This document shows positions 35,446-45,796 of a DNA stretch of 64,000 bases, in pieces (positions within the stretch are counted from its first letter, which is position 1; every line of letters starts with the position of its first letter). Source of the DNA: an uncultured Mollicutes bacterium (GTDB taxonomy: Bacteria; Bacillota_I; Bacilli_A; RFN20; CAG-826); assembly GCA_900540395.1 (NCBI GenBank), contig UQFQ01000002.1, forward strand, positions 6,684 to 70,683, read 5' to 3'. The position numbers were made by a program, and so were the translations under genes. The notes beneath the pieces are model-generated. The model was given only the letters and a program-made list of their open reading frames with translations, was not told the DNA's origin and did not search any database.

Positions 35446-35757
35446 ATGATTCAAGAAAAAAGAAACGATCAATTAGTTGATAATGCTACCGACCTTTTTA
35501 AAAGTGATGATGATAGAGAATATTTTGAAATCGATAATGGTCTTATTTTTGACGATGATGAAGTAGTAGATTTTGATTTTGATGAATTTGATAAAGATGC
35601 AAAATTACAAACCTTTTGTAATAAGGTTAAAGAAATGAATGTTGATGATGTCTCAAACCGTTGGATTCAAGCTACTTATAGATGTGCATTTGAAAAAGCG
35701 AGAGCGATTAAAAAGTATTTAAATAAAAAAGGCATTCTTCATACTATCGAAATATAA
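35446..35757 (+). CDS. Acidic 103-aa hypothetical protein
   Basis: AAAGGAGAAG lies upstream. The ORF is intact and has no recognised motif. Confidence 0.5.
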   Translation: MIQEKRNDQLVDNATDLFKSDDDREYFEIDNGLIFDDDEVVDFDFDEFDKDAKLQTFCNKVKEMNVDDVSNRWIQATYRCAFEKARAIKKYLNKKGILHTIEI

Positions 35758-35776
35758 ATTGATTAGTGCTTTATTT

Positions 35777-35837
35777 AAAAAAGCACGACTTTAATCAAGA
35801 AATCCCCCTTCATTCTTGACAAGAGTCGTGCTTTTTT
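35777..35837. terminator. Bidirectional terminator (long compound hairpin)
   Basis: AAAAAAGCACGACT ... AGTCGTGCTTTTTT has an inner TCAAGAA/TTCTTGA stem and lies between convergent genes. Confidence 0.7.
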
Positions 35838-35924
35838 AGTTGTAGTTGTAGTAGAAAATTTTTAAATAAAAGCTCAGCCGATATACTAACTGAGCATTTA
35901 AGAAAAATAAATTTAGTACTATCT

Positions 35925-37043
35925 TTAATCGTTAAACGCAAAAAGATATAACTCTTTTTCTTCTTTGGTTCCTCCAGCATGAGCTCCTTTAAAGCCAATT
36001 GGTTCTTCTCCATCAAAGAAAATATATCTACCTTTTGTAATTAAAAAATAATCAGGTAAGGTTTCGTTAAGATATTCACACATTTTTCCATAACCAAATA
36101 AATGTTCTTTTAAAAGTTCATCTTTAGTTAAAATATAAAATCTATCGTCATAATATTTATGAGCTAATTGTTCAAAAGCTTCCTTGTCTTTAACAAAAAA
36201 ACCTGCAAAAGCTGATTCAAAAACAAAATATGGACGAGAAAGTGTTTCAAAAAAGTCTTGATGTTCACGAATAGAAATTTCTTCAACATCTTGGAAACCA
36301 TGATCAGCGACTAGTAAAAATAAAGTGTCTGGATTGTCTTCAACGAGTTTTTTAAGCTTAGTTTCTAAATAGAGCAATGTCTCTTTAATGGTGTTGTTAA
36401 AACAACCATAGTCGTGAAGATTATGATCTGGCATTGAAGAATAAACATAAACAAAATCATGAGTTTTAATTAATTCATCAGCATGCATAAAGAAGTATTC
36501 AAAATCATCTTCTTTAAGAGGAGTCTTCTTTTCATAGCTTGAAATAGAAGAGGCATTAAATTTTTGAGTTTTTTTAATGAGCTCCCATAGATAAGTTGGT
36601 TTTAAGATATTTTGTTGAACACTAGGGTAAAACTTTGATGGTTCAAACTTATCATTAGATGGGAAAACATTAATGACGGCTTTATGTTTTTGAAAGTATT
36701 GATTCCATCCTATATGTCCATTTTCTAAAGGATATAAACCAGTAGTTAAAGCGGTAGTTGCAGCTACTGTGGTAGGTGGATATACACTAAAAAACTCAAA
36801 CTTTTTATGAGAATAGATAAAAGGAATGTGTTCTTTATAGTAGTCGGCAATAACTTTGCCAAAACCATCAAAAAGAACTAAAGCAATCTTCTTTTTATTA
36901 CTCTTTTTAATAATTTCATCTGCTTCTTTTAATGTTTCATGAAATGGAGTAACTCCAAAATAATTAAGAATCGAATTTCCTAAGTTAACTAATGTTTTAC
37001 TTTTACTTAAATTTAAATTTTCCATAGCCCTATAATTTAGCAC
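35925..37043 (-). CDS. Alkaline-phosphatase-superfamily enzyme (type I phosphodiesterase / nucleotide pyrophosphatase family)
   Basis: Motifs present are VLFDGFG (metal Asp), PPTTVAATTALTTGLYPLENGH (nucleophile Thr region) and LLVADHGF. Confidence 0.7.
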   Translation of the reverse strand: MLNYRAMENLNLSKSKTLVNLGNSILNYFGVTPFHETLKEADEIIKKSNKKKIALVLFDGFGKVIADYYKEHIPFIYSHKKFEFFSVYPPTTVAATTALTTGLYPLENGHIGWNQYFQKHKAVINVFPSNDKFEPSKFYPSVQQNILKPTYLWELIKKTQKFNASSISSYEKKTPLKEDDFEYFFMHADELIKTHDFVYVYSSMPDHNLHDYGCFNNTIKETLLYLETKLKKLVEDNPDTLFLLVADHGFQDVEEISIREHQDFFETLSRPYFVFESAFAGFFVKDKEAFEQLAHKYYDDRFYILTKDELLKEHLFGYGKMCEYLNETLPDYFLITKGRYIFFDGEEPIGFKGAHAGGTKEEKELYLFAFND

Positions 37044-37063
37044 ATATTTAGACTTATAGAAAT

Positions 37064-37097
37064 AAAAAACCCGGCCAGGAGGGGGTTCGTGGCCGGG
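37064..37097 (-). terminator. Rho-independent terminator of rpsD
   Basis: The minus strand reads CCCGGCCA-cgaaccccctcc-TGGCCGGG followed by TTTTTT. Confidence 0.8.
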
Positions 37098-37121
37098 AAT
37101 TTTGCTACATTTGTTTTATAA

Positions 37122-37748
37122 CTAGATAATTCTGTTATAGTATTCAACAATTAATGCTTCGTTGATTTCTTTTGATAATTCGCTTCTTTCTGGAAGTCTT
37201 AAGAATTTACCAGATTTCTTCTCTTTATCAACTTCAACGTAAGGAACTGTAACAGCGGTGTTATCTAATGAAGTTTTAATGACTGCTAAATCTTTGCTAT
37301 TTTCTTTAACGGCGATAACGTCATTAACGTGGCAAAGATAAGATGGGATATCGATTGTTTTACCATTAACAACGATATGTTTATGATTAACGAGTTGTCT
37401 AGCAGCTCTTCTTGTTGGAGCAAAACCTAATCTATAAACTAAGTTATCAAGTCTTGACTCTAAGATTATCATAAAAGCAGTACCAGTGACTTCCTTTGAT
37501 TTACGAGCCATTAAGAATAATCTTCTAAATTGTCTTTCATTGACTCCGTATAAATCTCTTAATTTTTGTTTTTCATTTAATTGCTTTCCATATTCAGAAA
37601 GCTTTTTCTTTTCTGCACCATGTTGTCCTGGAGCATAATCTCTTTTGTCACCTTTTTTAAGTGTGTGACCGTTGAATTCTTCACCTGTTCCGAGTAATGA
37701 GAAGCCAAGTCTTCTTGCTCTTCTCCATTTTGGTCCTGTGTATCTCAT
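37122..37748 (-). CDS. rpsD: 30S ribosomal protein S4
   Basis: The sequence is [18 protein letters not shown]...[12 protein letters not shown]...[32 protein letters not shown]. Confidence 0.97.
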   Translation of the reverse strand: MRYTGPKWRRARRLGFSLLGTGEEFNGHTLKKGDKRDYAPGQHGAEKKKLSEYGKQLNEKQKLRDLYGVNERQFRRLFLMARKSKEVTGTAFMIILESRLDNLVYRLGFAPTRRAARQLVNHKHIVVNGKTIDIPSYLCHVNDVIAVKENSKDLAVIKTSLDNTAVTVPYVEVDKEKKSGKFLRLPERSELSKEINEALIVEYYNRII

Positions 37749-38134
37749 AATTTTTCTCCTCTCTTTAACAATGTAAAGCTAAGGTCATTAACTCCCAACT
37801 CCTACGGTGAACAAATAGGGATTTCAGATATGTAGCGAATCTTACTTTCGTAATCTACTTGATCTTTGTTCAACTAGACGAGTGATGCTAATGATGCTCA
37901 CAATTGCTTTAAAAGCATATAACAAATTAGTCTGGCTTGCAAGCATAAATTGTTGATATAGATGTGTTAGATTGTTGATATAGATGTTAGATAGACATGC
38001 TTTTACCTGTATTTTAACCTGTATATCAACATAAAATCTGGACTTCTAGAAAGTGGCGAATCGTTTATGTTAGTGAAAACCAAATTGTAAATTTCGGCGA
38101 AAACTATTAATATAAAAAAGAAAAGAGGAATATT

Positions 38135-40873
38135 ATGCAAAGAAAAATTACTTTAGTTATGAGTTGGGTGATTAGCTTAATTTTAGTTTTGCTTTTAACG
38201 CAAAATAATGAAAAAGCGAGCGACCCAAGTATTTTAAGCACAAAATCTAATTTAGTCTGTCAAAGACACGATGATTTAGAACTAGATAGCAAGAATGCAA
38301 GCAAGAATGACATAATACTTACAAGTCAAAGTCCTTTAGATAAAAAGTTGTTGTCATTTTCTTATTACAAAATTTCTTTCAACGGCAATAATTTTTATGT
38401 TGCAGATTTAACTGAAATTAATCAAAATGAGTCGATTAATCCTGTTGCCGAAATTAAGCTTATCGAAAATTGCCAGTATTATAATAATTTTGGTGAGTAT
38501 CAAAGTTTAAGACAAGAAAAATTTGTTTTAGAAGTGATTAATGTTTTAAAAGAATCTTTGCACGTCCAAAAAAATTTTTCAATTGTTAGTAATAGTGATG
38601 CAGAAATGATTATAAGCAAATCTATACCTATTGATGTGAGTGATGAGAAATATTATAAAATTTTAAGTTCTATTAATTTTGAATATAATTATAGGCAAAC
38701 TGTAGCAAGGGATGAAAATGAAATTGAACCCATGAGTACGAGTGATTCTGATGAAAACACAAATGAACAAGGCCCATTGGATTATTATTTAGCAAATACT
38801 TCTAATGGCTCAAATACAGATACTATTACAGTCGGAACGGAATCGCAAGATGGTATAGCCTATGCTTCCGATGATTCAATAGTTAAGTTAATTCCTAAGT
38901 CTTATTTTAAAATTAACGGGACGCATACTGGAGCCGGGTCTGAATGGGGCTATTTGATAAAAACTTATGATGATATTGGTAATAATAAAAATAGCAGTTT
39001 AATTATTTATGATATTGAACAAGAAAGATTTACTACAATAAGTAATGAACTGACTGAGATAACTGTGGTCGTCCATAAAAATTATAAATATTATTATGAT
39101 GAAGATAGAGTTGTTGGCGATATTGATAATACTTATGCTTTGGCTAACCCTGTTTATAAAGAAAATATTAGGTATTTTCAGCCTAATAATGTCGAATCAT
39201 CTAATAAATATTTAAATCCTGGTGATTCTGGTTACGACCCAATAGATGATTATGGATATTCTTTTGGAACTACATCGGCTTATTATAAGGGTCGCGGAAA
39301 GAATTACAATAATTATACCGTATTACCAACTATTCTCGGACTCGCTTCAACTGTATTACAGGCTGCTCTTATTCCTTCAGGGATACCGATAGGAATAAAT
39401 ATTGCTGTAAGCGTTTTAGGGAGTTTAATTACTGATTCCATTATTTCTGCAACAACGAATTTGATTAGAGAGCAAAATAATTCTAATTTATTAACAGATT
39501 CAAACGATTTTAATATTGCTTCTACAACTTTTTTTAATAATTATCTCAATTATGACTATATGCGAAGAGATAAAAAATTACTTAAAGAAGTAAATTTTTT
39601 GCTTTCTAATGGTGATGGGAATTTTTCTTACAATGAATTAGAAGAAGCGCTACTTTTTAAAGATAATTCATGCAAAATTTCATATAAAACAAGTCTTGTG
39701 GCTAGTGAAAAAAGCGATGATTATAACGCGATTATTGCTCATAATTTGAAAGTTGACGTTATTAACGATAATACTTGGCGGCCTTTTCATTGGATGCCTG
39801 AATTTATTGGAACAATCAGCGGCTCATGGGCTTATTCTTTTGGACAAGAATTTACTCCTAAAACTTATAATCTGCTTGCGAATGGTAACTATTTTAATAC
39901 TGCTTTCAGCAATTCACAAAAGCAAAAATTTAAATTTAAACCTGAGAATAGCGGTGAATACTATCTTTATTTTAAAGAATTACCACCATTTATAAAGGTA
40001 GATGTAAAACAAAACAATTTAGTTATTCAAAGTTTTGAGGTTGGTTATTCTTCAAAAAAAGACGCTTGGGGCAATAATGTTTTTTATAAAAAGAAGCACA
40101 CTTATAAAGAGCTCATTAGGCTAAGTAAAGGGTCGGAATATATATTTGAGATTTATGCTAATAACGGCAATCTAAATGTATCTGGGTCTTGCGATATAGG
40201 TATTTCTTTTAATGGTGGTTTAATCAGCAATTCTTTTTTAAATTCTAATAACAAGAGTACGACAAAGAGCATTACTTATAATAAAGAAAATCAAATATTG
40301 CAATTTAATCCAAGTGTTGATGGCGGTTACTTATTTTCAACATCTTCAAATCAAACATCGTCTAATTTTGGAACATGTATTACACTATTTGACAAAAATT
40401 TTAATATAGTTTTTTCAAGTTATGATTTATCGGGTGAATCATGTGCATGTTTTTATGCCCATCTTAAATCTGGTCAAACATATTATGTTTCTACAAGGAA
40501 TTATAATTATTACGATTCAAATAATTTTTCACTGGTAATAATGAATGGAACGCCTTTACCAGAAATAAGAGGGACAATGATCAATGCTGGCTTTAATATG
40601 GTTTTTAAAGGTGCTGTACGAAATTCCTTCTTGCTGTATCAATCTGGTTCCTTAAATGGCAATATTCGCTTTGAATATTTAGGCGAAAATGTTGGCATCA
40701 AGCCATTTATTTACTTTAATATTGTTAACGTTAACGGCTCCATTGTTTATTCGAATAGTTTTAATTATACAAAAGATTTTAAATACAATTTTTCCTCAGG
40801 ATTACCATATTTAATAAATGTTTATTCAACTTCAAGTAATACCTACGATTATATTAATTTATTTTTGAATTAA
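38135..40873 (+). CDS. Secreted/anchored 912-aa protein with a central Gly/Ile/Ser-rich hydrophobic segment and C-terminal PPC-like beta-sandwich repeats
   Basis: The N-terminal signal/anchor is VMSWVISLILVLLL. A central segment reads TVLPTILGLASTVLQAALIPSGIPIGINIAVSVLGSLI. The C-terminal modules resemble pre-peptidase C-terminal domains (..GEYYLYF.., ..LKSGQTYYVSTRNY..). Confidence 0.5.
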   Translation: MQRKITLVMSWVISLILVLLLTQNNEKASDPSILSTKSNLVCQRHDDLELDSKNASKNDIILTSQSPLDKKLLSFSYYKISFNGNNFYVADLTEINQNESINPVAEIKLIENCQYYNNFGEYQSLRQEKFVLEVINVLKESLHVQKNFSIVSNSDAEMIISKSIPIDVSDEKYYKILSSINFEYNYRQTVARDENEIEPMSTSDSDENTNEQGPLDYYLANTSNGSNTDTITVGTESQDGIAYASDDSIVKLIPKSYFKINGTHTGAGSEWGYLIKTYDDIGNNKNSSLIIYDIEQERFTTISNELTEITVVVHKNYKYYYDEDRVVGDIDNTYALANPVYKENIRYFQPNNVESSNKYLNPGDSGYDPIDDYGYSFGTTSAYYKGRGKNYNNYTVLPTILGLASTVLQAALIPSGIPIGINIAVSVLGSLITDSIISATTNLIREQNNSNLLTDSNDFNIASTTFFNNYLNYDYMRRDKKLLKEVNFLLSNGDGNFSYNELEEALLFKDNSCKISYKTSLVASEKSDDYNAIIAHNLKVDVINDNTWRPFHWMPEFIGTISGSWAYSFGQEFTPKTYNLLANGNYFNTAFSNSQKQKFKFKPENSGEYYLYFKELPPFIKVDVKQNNLVIQSFEVGYSSKKDAWGNNVFYKKKHTYKELIRLSKGSEYIFEIYANNGNLNVSGSCDIGISFNGGLISNSFLNSNNKSTTKSITYNKENQILQFNPSVDGGYLFSTSSNQTSSNFGTCITLFDKNFNIVFSSYDLSGESCACFYAHLKSGQTYYVSTRNYNYYDSNNFSLVIMNGTPLPEIRGTMINAGFNMVFKGAVRNSFLLYQSGSLNGNIRFEYLGENVGIKPFIYFNIVNVNGSIVYSNSFNYTKDFKYNFSSGLPYLINVYSTSSNTYDYINLFLN

Positions 40874-40887
40874 CTCTGCGGTTTGAT

Positions 40888-41526
40888 ATGAAGAAATTAA
40901 ATCCAATTTATAATTCCATATTTTATATTCTTAGTTCATTATCTTTATTGACGAACTCATTCCTTAATTTTGGAGCTTATATTTTTGATAAATCCTTTAA
41001 TGATGTAGGAATTGAAAATAAAACAATTATTGTCTTTTTGATAATTTCTAGTTTGTTTATTGCTTTTTCATTAGGCCTTAGTGTCTATGAAATATATAAA
41101 TTTATAAAAAAAGAAAGAATAGTTGATACATTTAACTATTTTACTATCGGATATTTTATTACTATCTTGTCATACACGATTACTTCCTATTATTTTACAA
41201 GTAGTGTTTATTATGGAATAGTGTTATTTATTATTTTATCTTTATTAATTGCGTTACCTTTTTTAATAAAACTATTTGATAAAAAAGACTTTATAGATAT
41301 TCCTTTTTGGATTTATACAATCAGTTATCTAGCAATGTTAATTTTTATTGTTTGTTTTGGAATTGCCATAGCAATAAAAGGATTCTCTTTAGATTTAGAA
41401 AAATCTTTAAGCGGAGCAGAAATATCCTATCTTGTTGGAGGAATTATTGGTTTAATTGCTTCCATATATACTTTATTCTATCTGCCATATAAGTGGTTTA
41501 GCGATTATAGTAATAAACGGAACTAA
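40888..41526 (+). CDS. Polytopic membrane protein (212 aa)
   Basis: It has 5-6 hydrophobic helices and starts 15 nt after the 912-aa gene. Confidence 0.5.
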   Translation: MKKLNPIYNSIFYILSSLSLLTNSFLNFGAYIFDKSFNDVGIENKTIIVFLIISSLFIAFSLGLSVYEIYKFIKKERIVDTFNYFTIGYFITILSYTITSYYFTSSVYYGIVLFIILSLLIALPFLIKLFDKKDFIDIPFWIYTISYLAMLIFIVCFGIAIAIKGFSLDLEKSLSGAEISYLVGGIIGLIASIYTLFYLPYKWFSDYSNKRN

Positions 41527-41705
41527 TTTTAAAAGTTTGTTATTATTTGAAGTTGACCTTAGTTATAGCAGTAATTTATGTACTGATTTAACTTTTAATT
41601 GTACCAACTATATCATTTCTAATAATCGATTATGTTAGATTTAAAAGTTTCTCAATATAGAAAAAATGGCTTCTCTAGTATAAAATACTAGAGAGGAAGA
41701 AAGTC

Positions 41706-43445
41706 ATGTATATAAATATTTTAGATGGTTTAAGCACAGAACTTATTATTGGAGTAGTTGTTTCTTGTGTTTTTGCTTTATTTTTATTAATTCTTGTTGG
41801 TTATCTAGCTTTAAGTAAGTTTTATTTAAATAAAAAGAAATGTCGAAAGCAACTTGATATCTATCAATCTAAGTATGAATATCTTCATGCTTTACTTACT
41901 GGGCAAGATAATTCTTATATTCAAAGACTTGAAATTATTAGTCGTACTAATCTTTTATATAGTGATATACATGCAAGTTATTTTAAAAGAAGTAAAGAAA
42001 TTAGAGATACTACTGATCAAAAGTATCAAGATATTCTTTTTCAACTTCAAAACTACCTTGAAGAAAATAAGACTCGTGAGTTTAAGTACTATTTAAAAGA
42101 AAATTTACCAATTTTAAAACAATATGAAGATGCAGTTAACTCTTTAAATAATGATTTAGTTAATGTTATTCGACCTGAAGAAGAAGCTCGTCAAATGAGC
42201 TTAAATGAAAAAGAGAAATTAAGAGATGTTAAATCTAAATTTAATTTTAATGAAAACGATTTAACCTTTGTAGCTTCATCCTTCCAACAAGTATTTGCTA
42301 AAATCGACCGTAAGTTTAATGATTTTGATGATTTAGTAGAAAATGCAAACTATGATGATGCTAAAAACATTATTCCTGAAGTTGATAAAGTTTTAAATTT
42401 ACTTGATAAATTAATTGATGAAATTCCACCTTTAGTTAAAGAAGTAAATGAGAATATTCCTTCTAAAGTTAAAAAACTAAGCGAAGAATATGAACGCATT
42501 ATGAAAGAAGGTAAACCTTTAACTCATTTACAAGTTGAAGTGCTTGTAAGTCAAATTGATGAAGCGCTTGATACTGAAAGAAGCAATATTAAAAATCTAG
42601 CGGTTTCGCACATTAAAGAAGAAACCGAAGAGATTAATCGAGTAATTGATGAACTATTTGAAAAATTTAAAAAAGAAGAAGATGCTTTTATTGAATTTAA
42701 CGAAAAGAAAGACCCTGTCATTAATGAGTTCTTAAATTACGATAAAGAACTTGTAAAGATTAATAACAATATAACTAGATTTAAAAAGATTTATATAATT
42801 GATGAAGAACACACCAATGAATTAACTAATATTCGTAATAAAGTTGAAGAAGTTAGTAAGGATAAACGTCGTTTAGATCAATATATGCGAAATATTGAGC
42901 CATATCCTTATAGTGAACTTTTAGATAAATTAAGATTATTAGAAAATGGAACAAGAGAAATTAGCGGAAGAATTAATTCTTATAATGAATATTTAATTTC
43001 ACTAAAAACTGATAGTGAAACTGCCTTTAAAAACATTCGTACAAAATACGATTTATTAAAAGAACACGAAAAGATTATTCGTGATTTTAAAGTTGATAAA
43101 TATGTTGATTACTTTAAAGATCGTTTTGATGATTGCTATGCTTTAATTGATGATATTTCTAAGATTTTAGCAAAAGTTCCAATTGACGTTAATCAAGTTA
43201 ACCAATATCAAAGAGAATTAAATGATAAAACAAATAATCTTGTAAAAGAGATTCAAGATTTAGATAATTATAAACGTTTAGCAAGTGAAGATATTCTTCT
43301 TGTTAATCGTGATCGTATGAAGTTTGCAGAAATTAATAACTTAATCTCACAAGCAGAAACATTATATTTAAGTGGAGACTTTAAGAGTGCTTATGATATT
43401 AGTGAACAAGCACTCGAAAAATTAAATTTTAGGGACAAACAATGA
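41706..43445 (+). CDS. ezrA: Septation ring formation regulator EzrA
   Basis: It has a single N-terminal TM plus about 540 aa of coiled coil. Its 579-aa length and its position upstream of cysteine desulfurase-thiI and next to rpsD match other Bacilli. Confidence 0.8.
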   Translation: MYINILDGLSTELIIGVVVSCVFALFLLILVGYLALSKFYLNKKKCRKQLDIYQSKYEYLHALLTGQDNSYIQRLEIISRTNLLYSDIHASYFKRSKEIRDTTDQKYQDILFQLQNYLEENKTREFKYYLKENLPILKQYEDAVNSLNNDLVNVIRPEEEARQMSLNEKEKLRDVKSKFNFNENDLTFVASSFQQVFAKIDRKFNDFDDLVENANYDDAKNIIPEVDKVLNLLDKLIDEIPPLVKEVNENIPSKVKKLSEEYERIMKEGKPLTHLQVEVLVSQIDEALDTERSNIKNLAVSHIKEETEEINRVIDELFEKFKKEEDAFIEFNEKKDPVINEFLNYDKELVKINNNITRFKKIYIIDEEHTNELTNIRNKVEEVSKDKRRLDQYMRNIEPYPYSELLDKLRLLENGTREISGRINSYNEYLISLKTDSETAFKNIRTKYDLLKEHEKIIRDFKVDKYVDYFKDRFDDCYALIDDISKILAKVPIDVNQVNQYQRELNDKTNNLVKEIQDLDNYKRLASEDILLVNRDRMKFAEINNLISQAETLYLSGDFKSAYDISEQALEKLNFRDKQ

Positions 43446-44572
43446 TCTATTTTGATAACGCTAGTTCAACAAGACCAATTGATAAATGTCTTGATGCTTT
43501 TTTAATAGCCGCAAAAGAAAGCTATTATAATCCAAGTTCAATTCATGCTCCAGGCATGAAACTTTTTAACGATATTAATCGAATTAAAGAGAACTTTCTT
43601 AAAAAGCTTAAACTTGATAATAATTATGAAGTAATTTTTACAAGTGGTGCTAGTGAATCAAACAATTTAGCGCTTGTTGGTTATGCCTTGAAAAATAAGG
43701 GTCGTGGTCGAAAATTAATTACTACTAAAATTGAACATGAGTCAGTTTTAGAAGTTTTTAAATATTTAGAAACTCAAGGCTTTCAAGTTACCTATTTAAA
43801 TATTAATAGCGAAGGAAAAATTGATATTGATGAATTTAAAAAAGCCATTGATAATCAAACTATATTAGTTTCAATAATGGGTGTTAATAATGAGCTTGGT
43901 AATGTTTTAAATATTAAAGAGATTAAAGAAGTTATTAAAGACTACCCAAAATGTGTTTTACATTCTGATCTTGCTCAAACTCTTGGAAAAGAAAAATTTG
44001 ATTATACACTTCCTGATATGTTTACAATTAGTGCTCATAAAATTTATGGACTTAAAGGAATTGGAGCATTGGTTAAAAAGAAAAAGATTATGCTTACTCC
44101 TTTAATTCATGGAGGCGGTCAAGAGAATGGATTAAGAAGTGGAACTTATGATTATCCTTCAATTGTTTCTTTTAACGCTTCTTTAAATTTTATTATTGAA
44201 CACTTTGATGAATTTTATAAAAAGAGTAAAGAAATGCAGGCTTTTTTAATTGAAAACCTACAAAAAATCGATGAAGTAGTGATTAATAACTACCCTAATA
44301 ATTCTTCGCCCTTTATTGTTAATTTTTCTTTAAAAACAAAAAAAGCTAGTGTGGTAGTTGAAGCATTATCTAATAAAGAAATTTATGTTTCTAGTGTTTC
44401 GGCTTGTAACTCTAAAAAAGAAGGAGCTTCATATGTTTTACTAGCCGCCAATAAATCAATGCATGAAGCTAGTAATTCAATTCGTCTTTCTTTAGGAAAA
44501 GATAATACAATTGAAGAATGTAGAACTTTTATCGAAGTATTAAAAAACATTTTAAGAACAGTTAGGGGATAA
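43442..44572 (+). CDS. Class-V aminotransferase / cysteine desulfurase (NifS/IscS-like, ThiI partner)
   Basis: It has the PLP lysine in SAHKIYGLKG and the catalytic Cys in SSVSACNS. Its ATGA overlaps ezrA. Confidence 0.85.
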   Translation: MIYFDNASSTRPIDKCLDAFLIAAKESYYNPSSIHAPGMKLFNDINRIKENFLKKLKLDNNYEVIFTSGASESNNLALVGYALKNKGRGRKLITTKIEHESVLEVFKYLETQGFQVTYLNINSEGKIDIDEFKKAIDNQTILVSIMGVNNELGNVLNIKEIKEVIKDYPKCVLHSDLAQTLGKEKFDYTLPDMFTISAHKIYGLKGIGALVKKKKIMLTPLIHGGGQENGLRSGTYDYPSIVSFNASLNFIIEHFDEFYKKSKEMQAFLIENLQKIDEVVINNYPNNSSPFIVNFSLKTKKASVVVEALSNKEIYVSSVSACNSKKEGASYVLLAANKSMHEASNSIRLSLGKDNTIEECRTFIEVLKNILRTVRG

Positions 44573-44574
44573 AT

Positions 44575-45735
44575 ATGAAATATAACACAATTATTGTTCG
44601 CTTTGGCGAGATGTCAACCAAAGGCAAAAATAAAAGAGACTTTATTAATTCATTAGCTAGATCAATTAGACATAGTTTAAAAGATAATGAAAACGATTAT
44701 GAAATGATTATTCGTCATGATCATATCTATTTAAATTTAAAAAATGAAATTGATGATCTTGTAAATAAACTTAAAGATATATCTGGAATGTATTCATTTT
44801 CTTTAGCCTTAAAAATTGATCAAGATTTAGATAATATTTTAAATGTTTCTTTAGATATTCTTAAAAAAGAAAATGGAAAAACTTTTAAAATAAGGACTAA
44901 GCGAATTGATAAATCTTATCCTTATATAAGTGATGAAATCAATCGAAAAGTCGCTACAGTAATCTTAAAAAATACTGATAAAAAAGTTGATGTCCATCAT
45001 CCAGATACTTTACTTGATATTGAGATTAGAGAAGATGGTGCTTATTTATTTACTGAAACGATTAAAGGAATGGGTGGTTATCCAAGTGGAACTATTGGTA
45101 AATCTTTAGTGATGTTAAGCGGAGGAATTGATTCTCCAGTTGCAGCTTATCTTCTTTTAAAAAGAGGAGTTGATATAACTTGTATTCACTATGCTTCTCC
45201 TCCATATACTAATAGTGGTGTTATCGATAAACTTGAAGATATTTTACATAAACTTACTAAATATCAAACTCGAATCAGATTATATGTAATTCCTTTTACC
45301 AAGATTCAAGAAAAGATTTATGAAATTTCTCCAGAAGGATATCCAATTACCATCATGAGAAGAATGATGTATCGTTTAGCAAGTCGTCTTGCTAAACGAT
45401 TAAAAATAAATTGCTTAGCAAATGGAGAAAGTATAGGGCAAGTCGCTTCTCAGACCATTGACTCTTTAAATGTCATTAATGAAGTCACTAACATGCCAGT
45501 TTTAAGACCACTTTGTACTTATGATAAAGTTGATATTATTAAAATAAGTGAAGAGATTGGAACTTATGATATTTCAATTCGACCTTATGAAGATTGTTGT
45601 ACAATCTTTGCTCCGGTAAGACCTAAAACTTCTCCAAAACTAGAAGAGTGTTATGAAATTGAAAAGAAGTTTGACTTTGAACCTCTTTTAGAAGAAGCAT
45701 TAAATAATGCTGAGTTAAAAATTATCAAAGATTAA
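44575..45735 (+). CDS. thiI: tRNA 4-thiouridine synthase ThiI
   Basis: The N-terminus IIVRFGEMSTKGKN is THUMP-type, and the PP-loop SGGIDSPVAAYL is present. Confidence 0.92.
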   Translation: MKYNTIIVRFGEMSTKGKNKRDFINSLARSIRHSLKDNENDYEMIIRHDHIYLNLKNEIDDLVNKLKDISGMYSFSLALKIDQDLDNILNVSLDILKKENGKTFKIRTKRIDKSYPYISDEINRKVATVILKNTDKKVDVHHPDTLLDIEIREDGAYLFTETIKGMGGYPSGTIGKSLVMLSGGIDSPVAAYLLLKRGVDITCIHYASPPYTNSGVIDKLEDILHKLTKYQTRIRLYVIPFTKIQEKIYEISPEGYPITIMRRMMYRLASRLAKRLKINCLANGESIGQVASQTIDSLNVINEVTNMPVLRPLCTYDKVDIIKISEEIGTYDISIRPYEDCCTIFAPVRPKTSPKLEECYEIEKKFDFEPLLEEALNNAELKIIKD

Positions 45736-45754
45736 TATATCAAATTAAATAAAA

Positions 45755-45796
45755 ATAGGAGTTTTGCAGAGTTTTTCTTGTAAACTCCTATTTTTT
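45755..45796. terminator. Bidirectional terminator (overlaps the stop codon of the minus-strand gene)
   Basis: ATAGGAGTTT-17 nt-AAACTCCTAT is followed by TTTTT. Confidence 0.75.
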
